Source: a virus
Virus record (IMG/VR): IMGVR_UViG_3300047382_000480
Coordinates: 1 to 64,000 of that record
Length of the DNA stretch: 64,000 bases
Strand: one strand, 5' to 3'
Shown here: one piece after another, positions 1-9,230 of the stretch
How the letters are laid out: the number at the start of each line of letters is the position of its first letter
Position numbering within the stretch: position 1 is the first letter of the stretch
The notes under the pieces: generated by a model
Database searches by the model: none
What the model was told of the DNA's origin: nothing
What the model saw: only the letters and a program-made list of their open reading frames with translations
Made by a program: the position numbers and the translations under genes

Positions 1-413
1 CGAGCCTCAATCGTTTTATTGAGAAGTTCAGTGTCGTTCTGAGTTTCAGTTGTGAACCCATACATCCTTTCCCAGTTCTCAGGTAACTCTTGCGAGACAA
101 CTCCGTTATGCACGATTGATAAATCAGGGCTAGTTTGTATGGGTTGATTGAATCTGAGGTCACTGGTTGAATAACGACAGTGACCGATAAGGTAGAGGTT
201 GCCATCCTCATTTAACAAATGCTCCATATTTGAGAGAGGAGAGAAGTCAGGAGCAGGGACTGCTTCAATGAGGGTGACAACCTTACCATTCTTTACATAC
301 GACAATCCAGTCGCGTGTAATCCCCGAATACGAGATTCAAGGAAAACATTCCGCACCAAATCTAAATCTTCAGACGTGGGGGAATTTAATTGTGCGCCAA
401 TCACTGCGCACAT
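1..413 (-). CDS. Class II (Ntn) glutamine amidotransferase-like protein, truncated at window edge
   Basis: Not in ORF track. Manual translation from ATG at 413: MCAVIG...ESRIRGLHATG...IGHCRYSTS...NQP...IVHNG...NDTE, matching N-terminal Cys, RG, GHxRYST, HNG and DTE motifs of GATase II. Confidence 0.85.
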   Translation of the reverse strand, partial: MCAVIGAQLNSPTSEDLDLVRNVFLESRIRGLHATGLSYVKNGKVVTLIEAVPAPDFSPLSNMEHLLNEDGNLYLIGHCRYSTSDLRFNQPIQTSPDLSIVHNGVVSQELPENWERMYGFTTETQNDTELLNKTIEA

Positions 414-414
414 A

Positions 415-1719
415 TCAGAACAAATCCTCGAGTGATGCGGATTCAACAGATGCTGTGGGATGATATGTATCAAGCATCTCTTGACCGCCCTGCTCTTTTA
501 GGTAATCATACCATTCAGTGGATTCCCACATCTTAGAAGATACACCATTCCAGAGAGGACGCCACTCGGGATGTTCCTGATTGAGTCGTCTGTAGTCAAC
601 GAACTGACGACGCAAGTTCTCGTATTCAAACGACCCAAGTAGAGCCATTTTCTCACGAGCATAGGCAACAATCGAGATACGATCAGAATTATCGCCAATG
701 ATTTCAGTATTGCCGTGAATACCATCGTGGTTATTCACAAGAAGAAGATCTCCTGGATGAAGTTCAACAGCAATGCGATACTCGGGAAGTACAAACAAAC
801 ACCCTTCCCAACTCTTTTTGCCATCAGGAGAGATACAGCTGATATTAGAGAAGCCATCTGAGAAGTCACCAGCATCTCTGTGTGCAGCAGTACGGAATGT
901 TCGGTTTACTGTAAGAGTTGTGTATGGTGTTCCAGGAACAACAAAAGCTGGATCAATTTTATCAGTGAATGCCTTTTGCTTTCCATACCTTACAGGGAGC
1001 AACTCTTCAAACTTACGAGACAAAGTCTGCAAATATGGGTACGACTTTGAAAATAACTCAGGATTCTTTTCAGTGTATGCTGTAGCACGACCATATGGTA
1101 TGCGAGGATACCGATCAAACCAACCGCAAATACCAGAATTAACTGTATTTGCATACGAGGTATCAGAGATATAAGTATCAACCATATCTTTTGCTGCAAC
1201 TTTTCGTTCAGCAGGAGACATCGGGCGAACACTTTCGAGCCAATGGTCAAAAAACCCAGTGTATTCAACACCAGCCTTTTTAATTTTTTCTCTCAGCCAA
1301 ACACTACCACGACCACCCCCAGATGGTTTGTGGCGAGCAATAGCATCTTCAATTGCATCAAAGTCACCATCAAGGGAAGAATCAGGGGCAGAGAAGATTG
1401 CGTCAAGGATCTCAGTTTGTAATGGCGTAACCCAGTCTCTATTACCTAACTGCTCTTGCCTTGGACCTGCAGCCATACCACGATTCTGTGTTTCTACTGC
1501 GGCAGGAGCCAACCCTTCCATTGCACCCTCTTGTTCTTCTTTGGAGAAAACTCCCTTACGGAACTTGAAGATTACGTTATGTTCACTGTTTTCCTCAAAT
1601 TTATCGAGGGCATACAAGTCAGTGTCTTCAGTAATGATTTGATCGTATGTGGAGTCATCAAGCCAGCCACCTAGTTTATCATCACAGTTTATCTTTTCAA
1701 TCGTTAGTTCTTTTATCAT
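415..1719 (-). CDS. TET/JBP-family 2OG-Fe(II) dioxygenase (nucleobase oxidase)
   Basis: TAAHRDAGD (HxD), GDLLLVNNH..HGNT (distal His), RISIVAYARE (2OG-binding Arg). Confidence 0.8.
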   Translation of the reverse strand: MIKELTIEKINCDDKLGGWLDDSTYDQIITEDTDLYALDKFEENSEHNVIFKFRKGVFSKEEQEGAMEGLAPAAVETQNRGMAAGPRQEQLGNRDWVTPLQTEILDAIFSAPDSSLDGDFDAIEDAIARHKPSGGGRGSVWLREKIKKAGVEYTGFFDHWLESVRPMSPAERKVAAKDMVDTYISDTSYANTVNSGICGWFDRYPRIPYGRATAYTEKNPELFSKSYPYLQTLSRKFEELLPVRYGKQKAFTDKIDPAFVVPGTPYTTLTVNRTFRTAAHRDAGDFSDGFSNISCISPDGKKSWEGCLFVLPEYRIAVELHPGDLLLVNNHDGIHGNTEIIGDNSDRISIVAYAREKMALLGSFEYENLRRQFVDYRRLNQEHPEWRPLWNGVSSKMWESTEWYDYLKEQGGQEMLDTYHPTASVESASLEDLF

Positions 1720-1734
1720 AATATATCATCCCAA

Positions 1735-1917
1735 TCAATTTAGACCGATTAGTCCCCACCCATGTGTGGCGATCGCGTTGAGTATAATAAACCAACAAGT
1801 CGCCATATGAGTAATCCACCAAATAGTGCGAATACCAGCAACAGTATTGGCTTGTTTGTCAGTCTCTCCAACTTTCTCACCAAGACTTTTCGCCCATATT
1901 CTCCACCATTTATACAT
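1735..1917 (-). CDS. Small hypothetical membrane protein
   Basis: 60 aa ORF, W-rich, one hydrophobic segment. Confidence 0.6.
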   Translation of the reverse strand: MYKWWRIWAKSLGEKVGETDKQANTVAGIRTIWWITHMATCWFIILNAIATHGWGLIGLN

Positions 1918-1944
1918 TATACTCTCTCCCTTTTAAGAAGTCAA
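1916..1944 (-). promoter_or_regulatory. Sigma70-type promoter
   Basis: TTGACT-17 nt-TATAAT on minus strand. Confidence 0.7.
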
Positions 1945-1958
1945 GCATTATTTCTAAA

Positions 1959-2228
1959 TTATTCTTCTTCAACAACTGCTTTGATGTATTTCTCTTGGAT
2001 AGAAACACCTTGCACATTATCCGCAACTTCAACTGCAGTCCCCTTACTCCAATCAAGGAATACTTTATCTTTTGGTTTCACCAAAGTAACTTCTGGTCCA
2101 ACTGCGACCACAAATGCAGGAATCGCACCTTTATTATCTAATGGAGCAGTAAGGATGATACCACCTGCTGTTTCTGTTTCCTTAGAACTCATTTCCTGCA
2201 CTAACACATTATCTCTTAACATTCTCAT
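1959..2228 (-). CDS. groES: GroES-like co-chaperonin (gp31 analogue)
   Basis: LRDNVLV...ETAGGIIL...VVAVGP...VKPKDKV cpn10 pattern. Confidence 0.85.
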   Translation of the reverse strand: MRMLRDNVLVQEMSSKETETAGGIILTAPLDNKGAIPAFVVAVGPEVTLVKPKDKVFLDWSKGTAVEVADNVQGVSIQEKYIKAVVEEE

Positions 2229-2243
2229 AAATTAAACCCTTAA

Positions 2244-3005
2244 TTAAATTTCTTTGCTCAAACGTATAACATTATTGTAGTTCGAAGCTATTCTTAAAAT
2301 CGACATATCAACGCCAAGTTGACCTGCAGAATATATCAAGGCATTGGTGTCTTTTGGAAAACAGTGACCACCATAACCTCTTTCTTCTGTTATTTCCATA
2401 TGACTAGTGCCTATTCTTTCGTCTCGGCTTACTAAATCTTTCACTGTATCATAATTTATACCTGCAGATTTACACACATCGTAGATCTGATTGAAGAAGG
2501 CAACCTTTGCTGCAAGGAATGAGTTTACAGTGTATTTCATAATTATGAGTTCTTCAGGGTCTCTAATTATCATTTCACAACCCTGCTTCCAAAACAATGT
2601 CGCCCAAAAAAGGTCGTCACCCCCACCAAAGTACATTGAAGTTCTATTGTTGAAATCTTCGAGTGCGTGTTCAGCTCGAAGGAACTCTGGACTAAATGTG
2701 ATGTTGTGGTCTGGGTAAACTTCTTTGATATATCTCCAGCCTTCCAAAGATATTGTACTTTTGATGAGAACTGGGATATCAGTGGGGCATTCATCAAGGA
2801 CATCAAAGACATTTGTCATATCACAAATACCAACATCAACATCAGACATTGGAGTGGCTACTGCAATGATAACCGCTTCTGGATCTCCAATAGTATTGTC
2901 GTTGAACGCTGGGTCTACGACTGTTATTTCGTTGCCCTTATTGACTGAAAGAGCCATTTCGTGCGCTCTCCCGACAAACCCATACCCGAAAACTGTTATC
3001 TTCAT
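2244..3005 (-). CDS. UDP-glucose/GDP-mannose 6-dehydrogenase family (short form)
   Basis: GYGFVG Rossmann motif, IKSTI, FSPEFLR, GYGGHCFPKD catalytic Cys. Confidence 0.88.
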   Translation of the reverse strand: MKITVFGYGFVGRAHEMALSVNKGNEITVVDPAFNDNTIGDPEAVIIAVATPMSDVDVGICDMTNVFDVLDECPTDIPVLIKSTISLEGWRYIKEVYPDHNITFSPEFLRAEHALEDFNNRTSMYFGGGDDLFWATLFWKQGCEMIIRDPEELIIMKYTVNSFLAAKVAFFNQIYDVCKSAGINYDTVKDLVSRDERIGTSHMEITEERGYGGHCFPKDTNALIYSAGQLGVDMSILRIASNYNNVIRLSKEI

Positions 3006-3475
3006 TCGTATTTCTCCACAACTATCCCATCACATTTATCAAGAAACTTGACACCATCATCATTTCTTAGATGAGGTTTCTCCCAAACAACACGTTTTAT
3101 CCCAGATTGATATATCAATTTAGCACATTCAATACAAGGTGCTGTTGTTGTATAAATCGTAGCACCCTCGCAATTATCAGAAGATTTAGCAACTTTAGCA
3201 ATTGCATTTGATTCAGCGTGAAGCACTTCTGGTTTTGTCTCTAGGAATTGAACGTCGCCATTTGGCCATTTGATTTCATTTTCACACACATTGTCCCAAC
3301 CAGAGGGCATACCATTATAACCAATGGAGATAATGCGGTTATCTTTTACGATAACGGCACCAACCTGTAATCTTTTTGCGGTAGAAAGTTTAGAGTAAAC
3401 TCGGGCAACTTTCATATGCGCCCTGTCCCATTTATTGGGTAGAATACCCCAAGTTCTTGTGTATGTATCAGTCAT
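3002..3475 (-). CDS. cd: dCMP deaminase
   Basis: VGAVIV, GYNG, HAESNAI, PCIEC zinc motifs; start placed at MTDTY. Confidence 0.92.
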   Translation of the reverse strand: MTDTYTRTWGILPNKWDRAHMKVARVYSKLSTAKRLQVGAVIVKDNRIISIGYNGMPSGWDNVCENEIKWPNGDVQFLETKPEVLHAESNAIAKVAKSSDNCEGATIYTTTAPCIECAKLIYQSGIKRVVWEKPHLRNDDGVKFLDKCDGIVVEKYE

Positions 3476-3477
3476 TC

Positions 3478-4260
3478 TTAGACATCCCACTCATATCCAG
3501 CTTTCCTCAATAGGTTCATCGCAATGTATATGTGCCTGTTTGAACCATAATATTTTAAATCTCTAGAGAGATCGTGTTCTTGAAATATAGAAAAATAGTC
3601 GTCGCCACAGCAATCATCTTGGATTAAAGGAGTATCAAATTGATCACATAAATGTTGCATGGCTCGCAAAACCTTTTCTTTGTGTAGTATCCACTCATCT
3701 TCTGTTGTTGCTAATGGATACCCTGCATTGAGGATACCAGAATGTATGTGGTGTTCATAACCCTCGAATGGAGTGCACATAAACACATGAGATGGTTTTA
3801 TCTTGGGCAACCAGTACATTAAAACTCTAAATGCAGAGTCTAGAGAACCATTTGGTATGCCTAGATTATATGATCTCACCTTTAAAGTATGCCCGATACG
3901 AGTAGACCAAAGTTTGCCCTCTGGCATGCCAATCCCAAATGTATTTGAATCACCGAGACAGATAATACTACGTTTCTTTGGTTCTGTGGGCATTTCTTCA
4001 CCCCTGAACCCATGAGAATTAATTCTATAAGAAAGGTTGACCCAATCGCCCTGCTTAGGATCCATGGTATTGTAGTCATATTTGTAACCGACTACATCTT
4101 CTGCTCCCTCAGGTTCTTGAAAAATCCATCCATTTCTGAGTAACTCGTCGTAGTTATGTGACCAATTCAGCGCATACTGTTCTTCGCTGTCGTCCATATA
4201 AAAAGGCAGTTCTTCTGGAGTATGGTCTTTTCCGTTTGCTTTTCCCCAACTTTCTTTCAT
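3478..4260 (-). CDS. SGNH/GDSL-like hypothetical protein
   Basis: YRINSHGFRG and CLGDSNTFG block I, NLGIPNGS block II. Confidence 0.55.
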   Translation of the reverse strand: MKESWGKANGKDHTPEELPFYMDDSEEQYALNWSHNYDELLRNGWIFQEPEGAEDVVGYKYDYNTMDPKQGDWVNLSYRINSHGFRGEEMPTEPKKRSIICLGDSNTFGIGMPEGKLWSTRIGHTLKVRSYNLGIPNGSLDSAFRVLMYWLPKIKPSHVFMCTPFEGYEHHIHSGILNAGYPLATTEDEWILHKEKVLRAMQHLCDQFDTPLIQDDCCGDDYFSIFQEHDLSRDLKYYGSNRHIYIAMNLLRKAGYEWDV

Positions 4261-4263
4261 CGA

Positions 4264-4452
4264 CTACTCTTTCTCTTCTCGGTCTTGTTGAACCCACTCA
4301 TTAAATTGGGTTGTACCTACTTTATCCTCAACCCATTCTAAAACAACTTGGGCACCTATTTGAGAACCCTTTCTCTCACCATAATAATGACCGATAACAT
4401 ATGCAACACCAATGCAAGTCCATGCTATAAACGTATGTGTTAATGAATCCAT
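4264..4452 (-). CDS. Small hypothetical membrane protein
   Basis: 62 aa, GGAG SD, N-terminal hydrophobic helix. Confidence 0.6.
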   Translation of the reverse strand: MDSLTHTFIAWTCIGVAYVIGHYYGERKGSQIGAQVVLEWVEDKVGTTQFNEWVQQDREEKE

Positions 4453-4492
4453 ATACTTCTCTCCAATTAATGTTACATATCTATAACAAAAA

Positions 4493-4714
4493 TTAAGGTT
4501 TACTCCCTACCCTAATAGTTTCGACCCAATTAGCTGAGCTTTCTTTGGCTAATTTTTCGCGATATTTTTCTAACAAGAAAGTCTCATTATTCTGGACATA
4601 ATCATTAAAGGTATAGATGCACTCTCCGAACATATCACGTTCGGTACAATTTTTGTGCCACATACGTTTCGCCCATTCATAAAATTTACGATCTTGTAAC
4701 TTCATTATAAACAT
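4493..4714 (-). CDS. Hypothetical protein
   Basis: 73 aa ORF filling gap in gene string. Confidence 0.55.
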   Translation of the reverse strand: MFIMKLQDRKFYEWAKRMWHKNCTERDMFGECIYTFNDYVQNNETFLLEKYREKLAKESSANWVETIRVGSKP

Positions 4715-5279
4715 CCTCCCAATTCTTCATTGTCTTGAAATCACCTTTGGAATGCATATTATGACCATGCTCAATTAAAAGACTTTCAAAACCAACATCG
4801 GCACCGACATTTGCATTTTCAGGTTTATCTTCAATCCAATAACAACCACGATATTTTTTACTCAATTCAGCAAGAATCTCGTCTTTATCGGCACCAGTAT
4901 CAAGACAAATAACTTTCTCAAAAGTGTTCTCACCGAATAATTTATTCAGGTTTCTTTCTCGAAGTTTTTGGGCATAAGGATCTAGTGACAGACTAGTGAC
5001 AGCAATAAATTTATATTTATGCTTTTCGTGTAGCTTCTTGATGTAGTATTGAGCATCTCTGAGTGGCGGTAGAAAACCAATCGCAGCAGATTCATTAAAC
5101 ACACTGACGATTTTTCTGGCTTCGGATCTCTTCATATCGAATCTTTGGTTTACACTATAAACCTTTTTGTAATCTTCAATAGGAGATTGTCCTCTGTTTT
5201 CCATCCAAACCATGAACGCCTCTTCCCAGTCGAGGCAAACTCCATCACAATCTGTGAGGATATACTTATCTTTCATCAT
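4686..5279 (-). CDS. HAD-superfamily phosphatase/nucleotidase (T4 30.2-like)
   Basis: ILTDCDGV (DxDG), AVTS, WIEDK motifs; start at MMKDKY after GGAGG. Confidence 0.8.
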   Translation of the reverse strand: MMKDKYILTDCDGVCLDWEEAFMVWMENRGQSPIEDYKKVYSVNQRFDMKRSEARKIVSVFNESAAIGFLPPLRDAQYYIKKLHEKHKYKFIAVTSLSLDPYAQKLRERNLNKLFGENTFEKVICLDTGADKDEILAELSKKYRGCYWIEDKPENANVGADVGFESLLIEHGHNMHSKGDFKTMKNWEDVYNEVTRS

Positions 5280-5473
5280 ACCTCCCACACACTGGAGAGA
5301 TCTTGTTGGATAACATCCCACTCAGCCATTGTTGTTTCGAGAGCATAGTCTCGAAGTTCAGGTCTATCAGCGAACTGCTCATAAACCTGATAAGCCAAAA
5401 TATCAGACGGCTCATTCCAGTTATTTGCAGCCAACTCTTGACACTCAAAAACAAACTGACTCATCTTACTCAT
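5276..5473 (-). CDS. Hypothetical early protein
   Basis: 65 aa, GGAG SD, directly downstream of sigma70 promoter. Confidence 0.7.
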   Translation of the reverse strand: MSKMSQFVFECQELAANNWNEPSDILAYQVYEQFADRPELRDYALETTMAEWDVIQQDLSSVWEV

Positions 5474-5507
5474 AATTATCTCTCCAAGTTATCATTTCAA
5501 TACAGCT

Positions 5508-5536
5508 ATTATACAATAAAACAACGCAAAAGTCAA
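5508..5536 (-). promoter_or_regulatory. Sigma70-type promoter
   Basis: TTGACT-17-TATAAT. Confidence 0.8.
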
Positions 5537-5549
5537 CACTTTTCTTCAA

Positions 5550-5557
5550 TATAAATA
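5550..5557 (+). promoter_or_regulatory. T4-type late promoter
   Basis: TATAAATA about 30 nt upstream of the only plus-strand gene. Confidence 0.7.
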
Positions 5558-5587
5558 GATGAAACATATGTATTAAGTGAGGTTATT

Positions 5588-6106
5588 ATGGAAAGAGCAT
5601 CCCGATTTTTTGCGTTTCGTACAAGGGATGAGTTCTGGATTGTAGACGAAAAGACCCTCCAAGACGTTCCAAAACCAAGAGAAATGCTAATCAAAAAAGC
5701 GAATATAGAATCTATTCGCGAGTATGTTCTCACCCAAAATAAAACAGATTTACCAATCGTTGATAGATGTCGCGACAGAACCGAATGGCATACACCAGAA
5801 GGTCGAGAGAGGATACGCCAAGCCAAACTGGGGAATAAGCACCCCCATAAAAATGGTTTGTCGGATACGCATCGAGAAAGGATCAGTAACACTATGTCAG
5901 GAACTCGTGTTGGTGAATTTAATCCAATGTACGGAAGAAAACATTCTCCCGAAACAATCGCAAAGATCCGTCAAAAAGCATATGAGAGACCGAAGCGAAA
6001 ATGGTGCGTTGAACCAAACGGAAATATGCATCTAATAGAAGCAACAGCACAATTACCAGAAGGATGGCAATGGGGAAGATTTTTTGACCCTTATAAACCT
6101 GTCTAG
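5588..6106 (+). CDS. NUMOD3-motif DNA-binding protein (homing-endonuclease-related)
   Basis: GAGG SD; HTPEGRERIRQAKLG, NPMYGRKHSPETIAKIR NUMOD3-like repeats; C-terminal LPEGWQWGR. Confidence 0.7.
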   Translation: MERASRFFAFRTRDEFWIVDEKTLQDVPKPREMLIKKANIESIREYVLTQNKTDLPIVDRCRDRTEWHTPEGRERIRQAKLGNKHPHKNGLSDTHRERISNTMSGTRVGEFNPMYGRKHSPETIAKIRQKAYERPKRKWCVEPNGNMHLIEATAQLPEGWQWGRFFDPYKPV

Positions 6107-6775
6107 TATTTTGTCTTGTTGTTCTGCTCCAGGGTGAAAACCATCTCTAGATGCTCCAATAAATTCACTATTGGTTGGAAACAGATCAGCGAAGTGTAGT
6201 TTAGTGTCTCTACAAATCCATTGAATTGCGTCTAAGTTCTTTTGTCTTTGGACAGTTACCTGTGGTTCTTGCGATACCAGATCAATAAACAATTTTTCTC
6301 TGAAGTGACTTTCGTCAGTAATCTCTCGGTCACCAAACTTTTGAATACTTATTTGATCCCAGTAAGCGGAAGACCACCCTACTCCATCAGCATTCAAAAA
6401 CTCTTGTCGGTTTGGTGCTGTCTCTTGAATGTAAACATTTTCTGGTTTGAGTATCGGAACCCAGTACCCAAGAAGTCTTGTAACAGTATCTAACCCAGAA
6501 CCTGCTTGGGATAAATTCACAAACTGCTCTTTAGTGTTGTGCTTATATGCCCAACCTTCTTCAGGATTAAGACCAAATGCAAGAGTCGTACTGTCTCCAA
6601 TGTAAATGTCACACCCTTCTTCAATCTCCCACATTTCGATGTCCATCCGAAATCCATGAGAATTGAAACGATATTCTATTGGTGCTTCGTATTGAGCACG
6701 TTTAGGATTATCAACTGAAAACCACTTTAGGGTCTTTCCCCTAACTTCGTGGTGGTAATCAATCGCTTTTTGCAT
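6053..6775 (-). CDS. SGNH/GDSL-like protein, paralog of 3478..4260
   Basis: YRFNSHGFR, IGDSTT, NLSQAGSG, RDGFHPG (DxxH). Confidence 0.6.
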   Translation of the reverse strand: MQKAIDYHHEVRGKTLKWFSVDNPKRAQYEAPIEYRFNSHGFRMDIEMWEIEEGCDIYIGDSTTLAFGLNPEEGWAYKHNTKEQFVNLSQAGSGLDTVTRLLGYWVPILKPENVYIQETAPNRQEFLNADGVGWSSAYWDQISIQKFGDREITDESHFREKLFIDLVSQEPQVTVQRQKNLDAIQWICRDTKLHFADLFPTNSEFIGASRDGFHPGAEQQDKILDRFIRVKKSSPLPSFW

Positions 6776-7268
6776 TTTTCTTTTTGCGGGGTTTCTTTTT
6801 CGCTGGCTTATTGTATTCCTCGATGCCGAGTGGCTTCATCAACTTCTCAAGTTTGGGATACATTTCTAATAACTTGCCATCTTTGACGCTTGTGAGAATA
6901 TCTGCCTCTTTAAAATGAAGACCTTCGAGTATTTGAACCCAATTCATTTCTTGTTTCCAAGTCGGAAGATTCTTTAGGTTTCCATTAGGATCGAGGAATG
7001 AGTTAATTCTACGCCACTCCATTTGAATAGTCGTATCACCCATACCAACTGGAATATCTCTATCCAACTTTACATTTTCTGGCATGCCGTCGGGAAGACC
7101 CCACTCAATTTCCTGCGCTCCAACCCCTGCCCTAACTAGAGGGACAATTGTTTGATTTGTTGATGCCCATTTTTTGAGACGATCAACCTGATCTTCAATT
7201 GTTTTTGCTTCGAACACATAGTCGAACCCTTCATCTACTTGCCTAAATTTTATCATTTTTTTCCTCAC
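6759..7268 (-). CDS. Hypothetical protein of a type seen beside RNase H in T4-like phages
   Basis: 169 aa; W.LP.G.P and ILEGLH..EA.IL pattern. Confidence 0.65.
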   Translation of the reverse strand: MRKKMIKFRQVDEGFDYVFEAKTIEDQVDRLKKWASTNQTIVPLVRAGVGAQEIEWGLPDGMPENVKLDRDIPVGMGDTTIQMEWRRINSFLDPNGNLKNLPTWKQEMNWVQILEGLHFKEADILTSVKDGKLLEMYPKLEKLMKPLGIEEYNKPAKKKPRKKKNAKSD

Positions 7269-7497
7269 GAAGATGTGTTATTACATCTGCTTCAGTTTCA
7301 ATAACCACCCTTGCACCACACGCTAAGATGGGGTTTCCATTATCAGAGTATCTGACCACACTTGGTCCGAGAATCTCTACGTCGTGGCAGTATTTATTAG
7401 ACCTGCCTTCCTTCACTGTTATGACAGGTTCGTCAGTTCCGTGTTTTAAATTAGCACGAATCTTATGCTGATTTACATGGATATACTTCTTCGCCAC
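7243..7497 (-). CDS. Hypothetical phage protein
   Basis: 84 aa, IHVNQHKIRAN...CGARVVIET; coupled to rnh stop. Confidence 0.7.
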   Translation of the reverse strand: MAKKYIHVNQHKIRANLKHGTDEPVITVKEGRSNKYCHDVEILGPSVVRYSDNGNPILACGARVVIETEADVITHLREEKNDKI

Positions 7498-8378
7498 TAG
7501 AAGTCCTCCGCAACTTCCATCATATTTCGCAATCTAAACTTCACAAAATAGTTCAATAAGTTTGCACGGCTCTTACCTTTTTGTGCCTCGTACTCGTTGA
7601 TCACATTTTCTTTAATTTCTTGCGGTGTCATTGCAAGATCAACAAGTTGACGATTTCTAATATACCCAGAAGCCATCTCACCCGAAACGAACTCTTCAGG
7701 TTTTTGTTTTTTCCACTCAGCAAGTAGAGTCTTTCGTATCGGCTTTTGACGTTTACCCTCTGTGACAAATGTATCATCGTCGCTTAGAATATTGGGGACA
7801 CCATCACCCTTATCTCCAGTGATGATGTGTTCCATCAATACTTCTTCTGGTGTACCATCCAACTTCACCCACTTTTTCTTGATAGGTGAAAACTGTTGTA
7901 CATTAGAGAACTTTTGTAATTGCTGGAAGTCGTGGTCTCCAGAAAGGATAAGGAAAGGTTCTGATTCTTCAAACAAAGCACCTTCTTTAGATGTTTGGCT
8001 GTACTCAGCAAGTGCACCAATAACGTCATCAGCTTCTGCGCCATCAATGTCAATTACAGGATAAGGTAGATACTCATCTAACTCATTTCTTATCTGATGT
8101 AATGCATCAAAAATAGAAGACCAGTCATGACCGCTAGACTCTCTAGATTTTTTACGAGATGCCTTGTAGTAAGGATAAATATCTCTGCGCCAGTAATGGC
8201 GATTATCACAAGCGATAACCACCTCACCATATTCATTACCAAATCGCTTTCTATAGTTTCTGATTTGATTTAAAATCATATGACGCAAAAGATCAATGTT
8301 CATCTCAACATCTGGATGACCACGTGTTTCCGCCATATAATTAGAGATGAAAGTTTGGTTGTAATCAATAACAATCAT
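7497..8378 (-). CDS. rnh: T4-type RNase H / 5'-3' exonuclease
   Basis: IVIDYNQ, YWRRDIYPYYKASR, EADD, SGDHDF, GDKGDGVPNI. Confidence 0.93.
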   Translation of the reverse strand: MIVIDYNQTFISNYMAETRGHPDVEMNIDLLRHMILNQIRNYRKRFGNEYGEVVIACDNRHYWRRDIYPYYKASRKKSRESSGHDWSSIFDALHQIRNELDEYLPYPVIDIDGAEADDVIGALAEYSQTSKEGALFEESEPFLILSGDHDFQQLQKFSNVQQFSPIKKKWVKLDGTPEEVLMEHIITGDKGDGVPNILSDDDTFVTEGKRQKPIRKTLLAEWKKQKPEEFVSGEMASGYIRNRQLVDLAMTPQEIKENVINEYEAQKGKSRANLLNYFVKFRLRNMMEVAEDF

Positions 8379-8893
8379 TCTTCATCCTCCGTTGGTTCAT
8401 ATCCCCAAGTATATCCGAGGTCTGGGTAAAACACACCATGCGAGCGTTTGGGGTTTCCATCTTTATCAAACGCCATCGCAGTACAAACCCAATTAGTTCG
8501 TTTGTCTGCGTTCTCACCATAGAAGTTGTGAACCCACTCACCATCTCGAAGATATGCATTCATATGTTTAATGTAACCTTCAAGAGACTTCACTTTAGCT
8601 TCAGCACCTTTGACTGAAGATCTAAGTTCAGACCTCGCACACACGAGTTTGTCTTGGTTGGATTTTATCCACTCTTTGACTTTTTTATATGAAAGATAGT
8701 GCTCATCATCTAACTCGAGCACTTTCTTACATACGTTCTTGGGTTGGGTTGGATTTGCTGCTTGACGAGCTGCACGTGCTTTTGCCAACCTCTCACCTGC
8801 AGCCTTTCGTTGTTCCTCCGTCATAGGTTTACGCTTGCGCTTCACCTTTTTGGGAGTTTTACGAAAATCGTCTATTGATATACGCTTTGCCAT
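8375..8893 (-). CDS. Hypothetical basic protein
   Basis: 172 aa, AAGGAG SD, K/R-rich N-terminus. Confidence 0.7.
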   Translation of the reverse strand: MAKRISIDDFRKTPKKVKRKRKPMTEEQRKAAGERLAKARAARQAANPTQPKNVCKKVLELDDEHYLSYKKVKEWIKSNQDKLVCARSELRSSVKGAEAKVKSLEGYIKHMNAYLRDGEWVHNFYGENADKRTNWVCTAMAFDKDGNPKRSHGVFYPDLGYTWGYEPTEDEE

Positions 8894-8919
8894 TTAAGGA
8901 CTCCTTAGTTAATATAGCA

Positions 8920-8948
8920 AGTATATATCATAGAGTCAAAAAAGTCAA
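8920..8948 (-). promoter_or_regulatory. Sigma70-type promoter
   Basis: TTGACT-17-TATACT. Confidence 0.7.
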
Positions 8949-8957
8949 GCACTTTTT

Positions 8958-9188
8958 TTACGCAACCTTTTTGATTCGGTCTACGATGATGGTTCTCCAA
9001 CCGCTTTTATCAACATCATACACAACTAAATGTGTATCTGATTGTTTAGAAGCTGAAGTAGTTTCAGGAACAACACTATCCTGCAACGTGCAATTCATTA
9101 CACGTTCTGTGCCGTCTAGTTTATCAAAGGTGATTTCAACTACTCGATTATTAAGTTCATTTACAATATCAGTCATTTTTATCTCCAT
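8958..9188 (-). CDS. Small WYL-like/SH3-fold phage protein
   Basis: VVEITFDKLDGTERVMNCTL...VYDVDKSGWR pattern. Confidence 0.7.
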   Translation of the reverse strand: MEIKMTDIVNELNNRVVEITFDKLDGTERVMNCTLQDSVVPETTSASKQSDTHLVVYDVDKSGWRTIIVDRIKKVA

Positions 9189-9230
9189 AATATAAAAGGT
9201 TCAAGTTAAAGTTAGATAATTCTAAAACAT

